Shown piece after piece: positions 40,912 to 55,203 of a stretch of DNA of 64,000 nucleotides. The position numbers and the translations under genes are program-made. This stretch comes from the human T2T-CHM13v2.0 reference genome, Homo sapiens, in assembly GCF_009914755.1 (NCBI RefSeq), contig NC_060944.1. One strand, 5' to 3'. How positions within the stretch are numbered: the stretch's first letter is position 1; each line of letters starts with the position of its first letter. Below the pieces are notes generated by a model, which did no database searches, was not told the origin of the DNA, and saw only the letters and a program-made list of their open reading frames with translations.

Positions 40912-41006
40912 GGCCAGACTGGTGTCAAACTCCTGACCTCAAGTGATCCACCCGCCTTGGCCTCCCAAAGTTCTGGGATTACAGGCGTGAGCCACTGCAC
41001 ATGGCC
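40912..41006 (-). mobile_element. 3'-truncated AluS (only the first ~95 nt remain)
   Basis: ggccagactggtgtcaaactcctgacctcaagtgatcc...gagccactgcacatggcc; no middle A-tract, right arm or tail. Confidence 0.85.
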
Positions 41007-41258
41007 AGCATACAGTTTTAATTCAACACCTCAAAATGGACAGCATCATAAAATTAAGAAAATGTGATATGTTTTTTCTAGTTATAATCATCATGTTCTA
41101 AGTGCAATTTTATATTCCAATTTTTTATTAATTATGTCGTAAACATTTTCTGTGTTACTACAGTGACTTCTTAATGATTTTATATGCAGTGGTCCCATTA
41201 ATTTAGTAGAATAAAAGTTACACATGTTTTTATTGTGCATTTGGGCTGTTTTTCATTA

Positions 41259-41528
41259 CAGTTGTCCCTCTATATACAGGGGGACCTTGACCACACCAAA
41301 ATCAGAGCAGATTCAAGTCCTACAGCTGGCCCTGCAGAACCCGAGTATAGAAAATTCAGCTCTCCATATCTACAGGTTTCACATCCTACACAGACTGTAT
41401 TTTCGATTCACGTTTGGCGGTGGATGCAGAATCTGCAGATACAGTGCATTGATTATATTTATTGAAAAAAGAAACCTCGTATAAAGTGGGCCTTGCCATT
41501 TAAACCTGTGTTATTCAAGGGTCAACTG
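41259..41528. mobile_element. TcMar-Tigger element (MER8/Tigger2-like)
   Basis: TA|CAGTTGTCCCT...CAAGGGTCAACTG|TA terminal inverted repeats. Confidence 0.8.
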
Positions 41529-43449
41529 TATTTGCAATTATAGCTAATGCTGCAATAGGTATCTTCTTCCTAATAATAGCTATTAATTAATAGAATAAAA
41601 TATCAGGATTCAGGTTGAGAGACAGGACCATATTGATTACTCTGGATTAATATTGTCATTAATGCTTGTCCAAAGTACTCAACTGCCAAAGGCCAACAGC
41701 AGTGTGTTGGGGTTATATGTCTATCCTTTTGGATTAAATGTTAAGCAATGAATTTTAGAAAGTGTGTGTGTGTTTTCCTTCCTTTTACATATACTATGTT
41801 ATATAACCTTTTTTTGCTAATTCTAAGACCGGCCCGTTAGAACTATTTTGTTGTTGTATTTGGATAGCATGCTTGGATTACTATAGATGGTGTTCCTTAT
41901 TTTAGTACTTTCTAGGAATGCATTTTGATGTGAATTTTCACATTCAAGTCTGAGAAACATTCCTCTTCCTGTTGCCTTATATTTTTACACATCTCACCAT
42001 GTCCATCCCTTGACTTTGCTTTTTATTGCTAAATTCAATTCCTCTTGGAAATGACGGGCCTCTGCATTTGCAGTTAGTTATGCCTTTGAAGAAGATTATT
42101 TGCCTCCCTTGAGTTTGTGATTTCCTAAATCCAGTGAATGCTCTGCTCAAAGAAAGTTTCCTTTTGTTGAGAATCAATTCATCACTTTGAAAAAAAAAAA
42201 AACTTATGACAAAATAGGTGGTCAGATCATACCCCTAGAGTACAGGACCTTCACATCTGTTCTGCTGTAGAATTGAGTAGAATGAAAATCTGAAACCAGA
42301 TTTGTGGTTAGCAAAAGAACAGACCCTAAAAGGCAATAGTCTAAGTAAAACTCTGCATCCAATTTTTATTGCTTCTGCTGTTTTGCTTCAGATATCTTTT
42401 CATATTCCTAAGCTGTCTTCCCATAGTAACAAAACTATAAATTCATTTAGTGGGGGATAAGAATAGTGGAGAGAGGGAGGGGAATAAAAAATCAAATGGG
42501 TTGTTGGAGCAATAAAGCTATTGGTAAGTTTAATGCTGACTTTAATCTCCAGGGTAAATGATTGTGCAATTGTGTCTTACATTTACAATCTAGTGAGCTG
42601 TGAATAAAGGTGGTGGGGAAATATGTAAAAATGTGGGCCAGGAAACCAGCTAACAAGGTCATAAGCTCAGACACAAAGAACCTAGTTGATTTTCCTGGGG
42701 CGGAAGACCCTGAATCCAGGATATTCTAATCTTGGCTCATTAGACCTTAATGAGGGAAGAATAATTTATATCAATAAGCCAAAAATTTATCTTTTCTGGC
42801 ACTCAGAGCACAGGAGCATTATTTATAACTTAGAGGCATGCAGGTGTGTTCCCCTAGGCATCTCTTTCTATCAATATTTTAGGAGACTTCCTGATTTGCC
42901 GTGGAGAAAAACTGGAGACATCTGGTATTGTGTAGGATGGTTGATACTTTTACAAAATTCATTCATTCACATAGCATTTCTTTACTCATTCATTTAATCT
43001 TCTGGCGCTGACATGGAGGTACTCTATTTAGGATGTGTTCACCGTAAGGGTACATCTTAAACATACCTATGCTTTCATTGATGTGACGTCTATAAACATG
43101 TACAGACAGGTACCTGCAGGTAAATGGACAAATTAAAATATCATTATGAGCTACATGGTCAATTCATCATTTTTTCCAGTCAGAAGCTTTACTTGGTTTA
43201 CTTTGTTGTAAAATTGTAACTGCTTTTGTACAAGCTGCCTTCTGTCCTCCCATTCTCATTTCCACCACCATCTATAGAGGTATTTGGTTGCATTTCTTGC
43301 CTTTATTAGCCCACATGGAATGGTGGCCAGATCCCAGAACTTCAGAATACACTTACACTGCTTGTGTTAAGTAAGAGGGAAGATAATGCAGTGAATGGGA
43401 ACTTGTTGTCATAAAAATAATCACAGAAATTCTACATTCCCATTCCTCA

Positions 43450-43732
<283 letters not shown>

Positions 43733-44602
43733 AGATCTTATTTACTATATTGCACTCGGATAGTTATTCTGGATTATCCTTTCCCCATGCCCCATACCTC
43801 TAGTATATACTCAAATAAAGCTATTCTTTCTGAAATAATTATCTTTTATGCAGAAGTGAAGAGAGCAGAGAGTAAAACCTCCTGATGTCCATTGCAATGG
43901 CTAGACCAGCAACATTGTCTTAAGCCCAAAACAGTAGGCAGCATCCAGAATGATAGGCTTGTGGTGTTCCCAATCACATCCTGAACAAAAGCCCTTGTTT
44001 TATCACACCACAAACATTTTCACAAGTGTGCATCTTCCCCTGGAACAGATACAGCCACTACCTGGAACAAGATGAGGATAACCTATCAAATAAACACACA
44101 GTCACTGCATGGGCCTGGAGCCCCAATTCTTAATGGCTTAAAACGAAGGAGTGTCAAACTCAACTATCTGCTGGAACTAGACTGGGTGTGAGGCAGGAGG
44201 GAGTGGGGGATGCTGCATAAAGTTAAAGAACCCAGGCCTTATTTAAAGGGATCAGATGCTACTCAGTCTGAATCATTCCGGATAGCGAATGTTTCAAGGA
44301 ACCCTCCCCTTTTAAAAATTATTAGCAACAAAAAATTCAACTGTTTATAATACTGTGCGGACCAACACTGCCTTAGACAAATATAACATCCAAAGGAATA
44401 GATTGGGCCCATGAGCTTACTGCCCCTGCTTCATGATATCCTAACTAAAAGTAAGCTAAGAGAACAATTCTATCTTTAGGGGAAATACTGGGGTTGGGTG
44501 CCTTCCCATGGATTTGTAAATCTAACTCATGTCATCCCCTTCAAAAGGAATGACCTGCTCTGTCCACTGCCCCCTGTTTTTACCTATCAATATTTACCCA
44601 CA

Positions 44603-44990
44603 TGTGTCAGTCAGAACAGGGTAGTTGCTATAATAAACAACCCCAGCATCTCAGTGACCTGATAAAGGTTTATTTCTCATTCACACAAAGGCCAATGTCA
44701 TCCTCCTAGTTGAGTGAGTCTCCTGTAAGCAGTAAACTTGGGGATTTAGGGTCCTTCAAACATGTGGTTCTACCCTCCCAAGTCCTCCACTTCTAGACAT
44801 GTGGACAAAAGAGAGAAAATAAAGGATAACGTGGAATATTTCATGGCTGGACCTGAGAGTGGCCTTCACAGCTTTCATCAACATTGGCCAGCACTCAGCC
44901 ACCTGATCTCAGCCAGGTGCGACAATTCTGGGAAATGCGGTCTTCCCAGTTCCCCAGGAGGAAAGTATCAAGTTAGTTTTCACAGGCCAG
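44603..44990 (-). mobile_element. Old MaLR LTR (MLT1J/K-like)
   Basis: tgtgtcagtcag...taataaacaaccccagcatctcagtg...aaaggtttatttctcattcac. Confidence 0.65.
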
Positions 44991-46834
44991 CTTAAAAACC
45001 TCACTGATCCAAGAGCACTCTCTGATAATGCTAATTAGAAATACGCTTGCCCTTCCATTCAATTAATATATGTTTAAAATACACCTGCAAGTCATATTGT
45101 TGGCCCTAGAGACAAAATGATAAGATGACCTCCATATCTTTCGGGAGCTGTTGTTTCAGTAGGGAGGCAGGCATTCAAACAACTCTATGATAATATGATG
45201 GGAGCTTTAATGGACTACTAAATACAGTGGGGGCAGATTTGAAGAAATGCTCTTTAACCATGTGGAGCTTGACACTTTGTTGATTGCATGCACATCTTGT
45301 CTTGTTACTGTATCATAGGATCCTTAAGTACATAGATCATACTCTATTTATCTTTGTATCCTCCCTATTACCAGACATCTAGGGGTTCCCATAAACATTT
45401 GTCAAATTGATGAATGAATGAGTTTCTGATGAAAAGGGAATAAACACAGACTCACCATTTGAGAAGAAAATAATTAGTCTGTCAGCTTTTAATAGTTTAA
45501 ACTTTTGGTACATGAGATAATATAATATTCTTTTGAATTCTTTTCTTTCTGATGCCTCGAAATGTCTATGGTGGCTCATTCTATGATTTCCAAATAGATT
45601 ATCTTCAAATAATTCACAACATTTAGCCCTAAATTACAGTTTCCTGAGTGTGTAACAAGTGGTGATTTCATTTAAGCAACATGCTGTATCATTTATCTGG
45701 GCTAAAGTGGATCAGATTAAGTTTCAAGGCAATTATGTCATATTTTTGGTGAGTATAGTCATTATTAGCTTAGGAACTCTTTAAAGGAAGTCAGTTTCAA
45801 ATGTCTTCTGCCTATTATTAAATTTACTACATAATTAATTTATAAATATAACGACTTAGATGGTCTGATAACAAAGTTAAAATTAACTAGGCTGTCCCTT
45901 CTTTGTATTGTTGGACGTATTCAATAAAAGCAAAAGAAATCTCAGTTTCTAAACTATGAACCAGAGGCCATCCTCCTGCTTAGTTCAGAGTCGACTAATC
46001 TGTTGTTTGCTAAATAAGTCTTATTCTAACAGCAATACTAGAAGGAAATGAGTTTCCACCATTTATCATCAAGTTTCAAAGTGGATATTCAAACTCCTGT
46101 CGGGAATTTGGGGGAGAAAACGTTTAGGAATGCAGTATTATATATCACTCACTCATGAGAAATGACTCCTTGTTTGCCAGCCTAGGAATCAAACTTGGAG
46201 CCATTTATGTCAACAAAAGACTGGGGTATGTGTATGTTTTCACAGATGGATGGAGAGTGAATGTAAACCAAAGACAATGGGGTCTTTGCCTGAAAACCTG
46301 CCTTTATGCTTATCATGCAGTGAAAACACCTTTTTTTTCTGGAGCGCCCTGAACTTTGTCTATTTAGTCTGGGCCTTTTTGATATATTGCTTCACATTTT
46401 GGGGGTATCTGCTTTGGCTGTGTGGCTCTCTATCTAGATTTGAAAGTTATTTGTTCCACTTGTTCTTTCTCTCCTTCATCATACCTGGTGGATTAGGCAG
46501 TCAGCAGACGAACTAGCACCCAGGTTCTGTTCACCTGCACACCTGCTTTAATGCATTTAGCATTCAGTTGGCACCAGATTCTAGACAACCTTGCCCTCCA
46601 ATGATCTGAAGTCTACTTTTTTCTTTTATGGAATATTTTAAAATATCAGTGTGTGTGGGTCTTGTCTTCATAATTGAATTCTAGGCTCCATAAAACAGGA
46701 ACTGTTCACTGTATTTCTTCCGGACTTAAGACAGCAGCAAGGAAACAGGAAGTGCTAAATAAGTATTTGTTGGAGATGGTATACCCAAATATACAATAGT
46801 ATATGTATGAATGCATTATTGGGTTAAATCTGGT

Positions 46835-47327
46835 AAATCTGGGGTCTGGGATTCAAAATCCTGGACCCATGAAGTAGAATAGGAAAAAAAAATTTTTATT
46901 GTTCACTAACTACTAACTGAAATTTATATGTCCTTCAATGATGAATGTAGTCCTTGAACTCCAAAAGTTAACAGCAGTGCCTGAAACTTGGCCTCCCATG
47001 GAAGTCTCAGGTATTTTTGTGTCACACTCCACTTGCGGATATCTTAGAAGTCTCATTTGTGTTCCTAACTGCTTCAAAAGTATGCTAGCTATTAAAACTT
47101 CAACTAAATTTTATTCATGTGCTAATCATGACGCATATTTTAACATCTGATAAGTTTTTAAAATATCTATGCCTATTTTTTAAGAAGCATATTTTAGTAT
47201 AAATCATTTTCTTTGTAATCCTATATATTGTATTTTATTCATTTGGAAACACTACTATGTGAACAGTCCATAGCACCACCAAACTGCCAAAGAGCCAGCG
47301 ACATGATTGATGGTTGAGAGCCACTGC
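46835..47327. mobile_element. Old hAT-Charlie non-autonomous element
   Basis: Ends ggttgagagccactg (Charlie-type TIR); subfamily uncertain. Confidence 0.45.
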
Positions 47328-48702
47328 TTCAGATCTCACTGGCACATAAGCTAGTTTTAGGAGGCTGCTTTGGAGTCCAGTGAACTGGTTTTAGAAGCCA
47401 GGATTTTCATTTTACTGACTGTGTGACTTTAGGCAAATGACATTTCCCCTTTATGATGACCCGAGGTCTTTTCCAGCTGTGAATTCTGTGATACTTGTTT
47501 TCAGACATGTTAAAATATGCCTTACATCAAACTCAATAATTTTATTAAGCACTTGAACACACAAAAAAGTAAAAAAGATTCACAATATAAATAAGTTTTA
47601 AAATGGTTTAGATAAATCCTTGGCTAATAGATCTATTATGGATCAACTAAAGTCAGCCTAGGAGGAAAGGAACCTTGTATGCACACCCAGCATTTAAGGT
47701 TACTGGACAATGAGACAGCTGTCCCCATGCACAACAGGGGCCATTTCAATACATACTGGAACATCTCTCAATGATAACCAACAGCTTTTCCATGGACATT
47801 CAGTGTAGTTAAGGAGAAAATTAGCCATATTTTCCTTCAGTGCCTTTGATTAAACTCTGATGATGTTTTCTGAAAAGGAACATCAAAAACTAGGACCTCT
47901 GGAGACAGACATGTTGTAATTATTATTACAAATACTTAGCATTTTTATCATCATCATTAATTACATTTCTCCTTTAAGGGTTTATCATAATCTCCAAGCC
48001 TGCTATTTGTTCATTTGTTCATAATTATCCATGAGTAAGCAATTTGTTCTGTGTTCTCAGAAATTGATTGTTTAATATTTGGTTCATTTTTAAAAATTGT
48101 TTCACAAGGGAGGTTCAAAAAAGTTGTGTTTTTCTTCCTTTTTCTTCTGGTATTAAGGATACTTCTGATGTCCTTAATTATCCTGGATTCTCCCTCCATC
48201 CATCCCCTACACACGAATGTAATGGGGGCTTTCAGAAACACAATCGTAGGATTTTTATAAAATTCGACACATCAATCTAGGAAAAGAACATTCAATGGTA
48301 AGACAGCCATCATCTTTGATATATTAATATATTTTTGCATAAAGTCCTCACTTTCTCATATAAATTATTCCAGTCTTATTTGACCTTTGTTGTCGAGGCT
48401 GTCTATCATTGACAAAGCAGAACTGACCACTTGCCTCAATTCCGTATCAAAGTTTATTTTCCTTCACCTCCCTCTGCCCCCAGTTCAATGCTGAAAAGGA
48501 GCCAGGGGAGAAAGAAGTAGCAGATCAAAATAGAAAATACCTACTTTGTGCTCAAATAACAATAAAATATCCATAATGGCGTGTGTTCAAACCTCTGTAT
48601 CTCCAAAGAGTCGAGCAACATGGTTAGTATATTAACCTATTAGGGTTAGCCGATTCTAATCAGGTTCAGTGTCTGGGCAGGGCCCTCTGTTTTTTGTGCT
48701 AG

Positions 48703-48807
48703 CAGTTTCCCTTGAAGCCAGACTATTTAGTGGATTCAGCACTGTTCATTTTGTGTGAAAGCCCGTATTCTTCTCTTCATACTTTTCAAAGATATGCTTT
48801 TCTCATT
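48703..48807 (+). pseudogene. Candidate fossil exon, phase 0->0
   Basis: ctctgttttttgtgctag| ... ATT|gtaagc; 35 stop-free codons QFPLKPDYLVDSALFILCESPYSSLHTFQRYAFLI. Confidence 0.5.
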
Positions 48808-49773
48808 GTAAGCCCAGGTCATAAGATGATGCCTCAAGTGCATTGCGAAACATTTATTATTCTGAGAGACTCAGGTGATGAAAACTCTATGTGTTTGGTG
48901 TGTGATTCCTTAAATGAGTTGTCATTTATGACAATGACTTTATTTATAAGGCACTGTTCCTAAGGGAATATGAGTTTTTTGACCTTGAAATACATGTAGC
49001 CAATCTGCTTGGCAATTTGTAATTGTCCCCCCTAAAATAGTAAGAACTTACTCTTGCTCTTTTTTTGGAACTATATTCAGCCTTGGGCAGTAAACTATAA
49101 CTCAGCTAAAGTTACATAAACCCTGAAGGGAAATAAATTTCACCACTGTTGATTGGTAAATGTCACAGACATCAGTGCTATTTATCAAACATTTCTGGTT
49201 TCCTGCCATTTAGCCCAAAGATAAGATTTTAATTTCCTATCCCCTTTAGGGTTCAGCATGGTCATATGGCTGGATTTGGCCAATGACATGTGGGTAACAG
49301 TGATATATTTCACTTCTGAGTGAAGGGATTGAGAGCTAATCCATGATTTATCATGCCACCTTTTTCATAAGGTAATAATGAAAGCACCTAGCCAACTTGG
49401 AGCCTCCATCAGGCTGAGTCCCTGCATGACTACCATGAACAGGGCAGAAACCAGGACTTATTTTTTTTTTTTTTCCATGACCAACATAGTGCTTGGCATA
49501 TTATTAAAATTCTAGAAATACTTATAAGTGTATGGGGGTATATATGTATGTGTGTAAATATATGTGTGTATGTGTATATGTATGTACACGCACATACACA
49601 GAGAGAGAAAGAGAGAAGCTGAATAATTTTTCTGAGAATCAACCGGAATTCGGGCAATCTAGCATGAAAAATTTCACTCGTAGCTGTGTTTGTTTCCCTT
49701 GGTTTCACTTGGTTAACTCAGCATGTTTTATAATAACATCATAACTGCTATTATTGACTTTATTCTAAAATAG

Positions 49774-49871
49774 GCTATTACAATTTCTGAGTAACTACTT
49801 TAAGCTAGTGTGTCCCTCCTTTTTGATGCCTCCCTGGCTGCACTTCGGTCAGGCTGGAATATGAGAATTCA
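49774..49871 (+). pseudogene. Candidate fossil exon, phase 0->2, two nonsense codons
   Basis: ctttattctaaaatag| ... CA|gtaggt; AITISE*LL*ASVSLLFDASLAALRSGWNMRI. Confidence 0.35.
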
Positions 49872-50078
49872 GTAGGTGAAGGAAAATATATAAAGAGAAA
49901 TATAAAAATATCCTGGTGTTCAAGAAATAACTTAAGTACTTATATCTTGAGGAGAAAATACAGATCCTCTTCAGTGCATTAGTCATGTAGGTATAATAAA
50001 TGAGAAAGATGGAATTCAGGGGACCTGAGATCATTACAGTGTTATCTCACCGAGATGATTTTTTTTTTCCAACGGTAG

Positions 50079-50133
50079 AACCTCCTGGCCTGATCCTATT
50101 GAAGAAGAGGAGATAAATTGCTCTCTTTTGAAG
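50079..50133 (+). pseudogene. Candidate fossil exon, phase 2->0
   Basis: ttttttttttccaacggtag| ... AAG|gtgcat; TSWPDPIEEEEINCSLLK. Confidence 0.45.
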
Positions 50134-50714
50134 GTGCATTAACCTTAGGTTCATTTAATGAATTACCTCTCCCAATGCACTAACAGATACCCTGGGGCCT
50201 GAGATGAAAAATGGCCTCTCTTCTCACTGAGAGGCTCAAATACATACTACTTCCTTCTTTCTCTTCAACTTGTTTTGACTTTCATTCTTTATCCTCTTGT
50301 GATGTATATTTAACATATAACTATAATGTACTCTCAGTTTAAAAATAAGAATGGGAAATCTATCCCCTAACAAGGGCAGTATGTGTTTCTTATTTTAAAT
50401 AGATTCTCTTAACTTAATTTCTTGATTTTCTTAACCTCATTTTCTCCTCTGGCATCTTATGGTGCAAGCTACCTGCCATTCATGATTCTCCAAGACACCT
50501 TAAGGAAAGGAGTGCTGGGTGATAATACAGTAGGTGCTGCAAGGATGTGAGACGTGTAGTTAAATGGCTCAGCAGATGAGCTCAGTGCTCATCCCATATT
50601 CATAGTCCCCTCAGTAGAGGCCATTCAACTGAATGCTCTTCCTCTTCCTCCTCTGTAGAATTACCTCTCGAGCATCATTGGATCGTGCATTCGTTTAGAA
50701 AATATGTATAGGTA

Positions 50715-51715
50715 ATCATCAGTCTTTGAGTTCCTCTGAAATCAGAGCCTGAGATAAGAATCTGGGACTATTTTAAAGCATAGATTTCATTATTCAGGTA
50801 TTATGAGGCCAACAGGTCAGGAGGTAACCAGCATTGAAAAGATAGTTTGTTACTCACAGTTCCTAAGAAGAGGGGGCAGCCATGCCCTGTGGGGCCACAC
50901 AGGATAGCACCAGGCCCAGTCAGCAGGCAAAAGGAGTGAGGGGAAAGGGTGCACAGGAGGCCTTAGAGTGGTTTCTGCAGGAAAAGCCAGGCAAGGCAGG
51001 ATACGCAGGTTTAGAATTGGCATTTAGGGACCATCTCTAGTGGTCTGGTACCTTGCCCTGGGATAATTATGGGAAAGAACTATTGACCCCTCATGTTTAA
51101 GAGTCATATAGTTCAGAGTATGCGGTCTGGATGGGTTGGTTTGGATATGAAAAGCATGCTCCCCAGGGCTCATTTGCTATCTCTAAGAACTGACTAACCC
51201 TGATAGAGGCCATCCCTCCTTGGTCAGCAAGGCCGCAGTGCCAAATTATCAAAAATATAGAAAACTGTATACATAGTTAATCCAGGGCACATATAGTTTA
51301 TTTGGGAAGTGATCCCCAGAAAACAAAAATGAAGAAGTGGGGAGAGTGAGACAGTGAAGCCTGGGGCTCATTTCCACTGAGGTTCCTCTGGGCAACTATG
51401 TAGAATGCACCTCAGAATTGTCCCTACAGAGAACAGGAGGCAGAAGTATTTATTCACTGACTCCCAGCCCCCAGTGGTTGAGGGTTGTCTGCAGGGACAT
51501 TCACATCTATGCACTTCTGGGATGAGCTCACACACACAGGCTGTGCATAAGGCTTCAGAGAAAGCCCTGAGATAGAAGATTTGATTGCCCTGAAGGCATT
51601 TGAGGTGGGAAGCCATTAGGATGCCAGGAACAGTTCACCTCTTGACTGCAGTTATAGTGAAGAGGTGGGCCAAAGGGTGTGGCGTGGGGCAGCCAAAACT
51701 GTGTGCTGCAGCACA
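50715..51715 (-). mobile_element. LTR16A-like ERVL LTR interrupted by a second ERVL LTR (about 50768-51285)
   Basis: cagagcctgagataagaa...gggaagtgatcccc...tgtagaatgcacctcagaattgtccc; inner gaaaagatagtttgttactcacagttcc. Confidence 0.55.
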
Positions 51716-52124
51716 AGTCCCGAACCCAGCCCTTCACTGAGGAACATCAAAGAAGCCTGCTCTTTGAGATGTAAACCATAAGATGATCAACACAAAAGGG
51801 GTCAGAGCAGCCACATACAAAGTCACCTTAAACGACAAATGAATCCCAGGCTGCAGGGCATAAGCCATTCCACCTGCCTGAAGAAAAAACCCTCTGCCAA
51901 TCAGAAATATTTTCTGTCGGCTATGAAAACAGAGAAAGAAAAAAATAAATGTGATAAATGTTATTATGCCTTTCTGAGCATTGCACAGGGAAGATAAAAC
52001 CCCAGCTCAAGGATTAGGCAGGAGGTAGGGATATCTTCATTTTGAAGGTGAAATTTTGCCTGATTCATGAAGCATTTAAGTTATATAACAACAACCAAAT
52101 CATCAAAAATTTAGAAAACTACAC

Positions 52125-52131
52125 ATATGTG

Positions 52132-52168
<37 letters not shown>

Positions 52169-52237
52169 TTAATACATATATACAACTTTATATAGTTAAA
52201 TAAATTATATAACTATATGTGCCCTCTATTAACTATG

Positions 52238-52291
<54 letters not shown>

Positions 52292-52310
52292 AAACTCTCT
52301 CTCTCTCCAT
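52125..52310. repeat. Compound STR: (TA)n(GA)n, then (TATC)13 at 52238-52289
   Basis: Direct reading. Confidence 0.95.
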
Positions 52311-53624
52311 ATATATTAGTTTATTTGGGAATTGATCCCAGAAAATATTAATCCTCTCTTCCCTTTCCTTCCCACCTTTCTCATTCTTCCCCTTTTCCGT
52401 CTCCTCTGTCTTCACTCCTTCCTCTCCGCCTCTTCCTTTCTGTTCATAACTCTCATTGTTTGTACATGTAACTTGGATCACCTTCTGGGTTGGCTTTCCA
52501 ACACTGCCAGCAAGCCATAACATCAAGATAGTAGCTCTCTGTCAATTACATTTTAATTCACAACCTTTTCATAATTTTCACAAGAACAAGTACAACGGAA
52601 CATCAAATCTTTCAAATCAAACTGTTGTTCCTTTCTAGTTGGATTTACATTAAAATTGTACTGTGAGAGTGATGTAGACCTTTAACAGGCAAATGAACTA
52701 GAAGACATAGGCAAAAAGTGAGGCAAACGTGCTCCTACCAGCACCACCTCTGCCACCTCATATGTCCACACACCTGGGCTTCAAGCTAAGAAGCCTCCAG
52801 TGCCAGGCATCCTGCTAATAATCAGGGATCCCATTATCACTTAGCCATAAACTAAATTATTAGTGACATACATCCTGGATTACTCTGTCTGTATCTCACT
52901 CCATACATCCAGACACTGACACTTAATTATGTTGTTCCACAGTAGATCAAGTTTTACAGCAGCAACAAAGATTAAAACTGTTTTATATTGGGGACATTTA
53001 GAGGATAAACAGCAGAGGGTTCTAGGAGAGAACTATAGTCAGCTTTGTGGCCATCTGGGAGAAAACCATTCAAGTGCTATTAATATTTAAAAACCTTTTA
53101 GATTTTTATAGTTTGCAATGTTCCTAACAAACTGATCTCTAACTCCGCAGTGAATTTTTGGTGTCAAAACACACTGCTAAGCTATTTCTGAGTCTTTATT
53201 AACAGAGACAGAGCTGTCAGCTTTGTGCTGTCCTGGTGGCCTGGTTGAAAGTTGGTGTCATTGAAGAAGCAAATCTGAGTTTTCGGTTGTGCATGAGAAT
53301 ACGTCCACTGGTCATCAGCAGGCTCTAGGTCTGCATGTTTGTGTAGTTACCTCCCATCTTCTTTCTCTTCTCTCTCCTTTATTCTTTTTCTTTACTTCTT
53401 TCTTTATCTTGTTTTCTTATAAGTTTTCTGAGTCTATAGAAATATGTATTAGAGTATTACTTTAAAAGAAGTTCTTCCAAAATCTATATCAAATTAACTT
53501 GGCAGAAAGAGCCATAGTTGCTTCTTCCCAAATAGCTCTTTCTGCTTGAACTGTAGTATAGTATCAAGACAGACTTCAGAGAAAAGAATGGTAGCTAACA
53601 TACAGTTGATAGAACTGGGAGATG

Positions 53625-53890
53625 CTTGGAAGGCTGAGGTGGGAGGATGACGTGAGGCCAGGAGTTTGAGACTAGCCTGGGCAACATAGCAAGACCCCAT
53701 GCCTACAAATATAAAAATAAAAAACTTAGCCAAGTGTAGTGGCACACACCTGTAGTCCCAGCTACTTGAGAGGCTGAGGTCGGAGGAACTCTTGAGCCTA
53801 GAAGTTTGAGACTGCAGTGAGCCCTATCACTGCACTCTAGCCAGCCTGAGTGACAGAACAAAACCCTGACTCAAGGAAAGAAAGAAAGAA
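53625..53890 (+). mobile_element. 5'-truncated AluJ
   Basis: Alu body; TSD-like gaactgggagatg/gaaatgggagatg. Confidence 0.85.
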
Positions 53891-54186
53891 ATGGGAGATG
53901 AATGATGAATAAATAGCCTGCCATCTTGCACGCTGGCTCCCACCCTCATCCTCTCATTTCCCCAGCCCCGCTGTCACTCCTTCATTCTCCTACTCTCACA
54001 GCCCTCTCTTGGTGGTTATGTCCAAAGGAGCGGGTGAGAAAATCTCCAACCTGGTGTCTATAGTAAAAAGCAGCATCAGGTATTGGCAGAATCACCAGAT
54101 TAGTAATGAGATGATGGTTGCTGAATCTTTCCATGCTTCAATTGGGGGAGAAAATTGTTTATACTGTGAAAGTTTAAAAGAAATCA

Positions 54187-54528
<342 letters not shown>

Positions 54529-55203
54529 CTAGATAATAAAGGGAAGGAAAAGAATTGTATCAACCATACAGTGTTAAATCAGAGTTTATTAGTGTTGTTA
54601 TGGATGACCTTGATTACATGATTTCATGCATGCTTTAACTGATTCTTATTTGTGTAGCATTATTTTTAATCTTCTACTTTGAAAACTTCTAGACTTACAG
54701 AAGGGTTGTAAAAATAACGCAAACAATTCTAGTACACCCTTCACTGATTTCTCAGTGAAATCTATCTTTACCATGTTTTTTAATCATTCCATAACATCAA
54801 TAATATGTATATATTATTAACTCCTGAATTATTTGAGGTAACTTGCAGAGTTGGTGCTCTTTACCCTTAAATATTTTAGAGAATATTTCTTAAAAACAAT
54901 TATATTACATAATGACAGTACCATGAAATTAACATTGATTAAATGCTATTATCTAACCTTTAGATCTTAGTATTCCTTATTTTTTTCACTAATTTCTGTT
55001 ACAGTGGAAGGAAGAAAAACACTTTTCTAGTCCAGGATCCACTCCAGAGTTACTGTTTGCATTTAGCTGTCATGTTCTTCCAGCCTCGTGGTTCCTAATC
55101 CTTTTTTCTTTCATAATCTTGAAATTTTTAAGAGTATAGGCAAATTATTTTGTAAGAAGTCTTTCAGTTTTAACTTTTGTGGTATTAAAGAATCGTTTTC
55201 TAA

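Noticed and set aside
42883-43043. Exon candidate linking the two chains (ttttag|...ACC|gtaagg)
   Set aside because: The phase-compatible frame has 4 stops and the 1-stop frame is phase-incompatible; left unresolved
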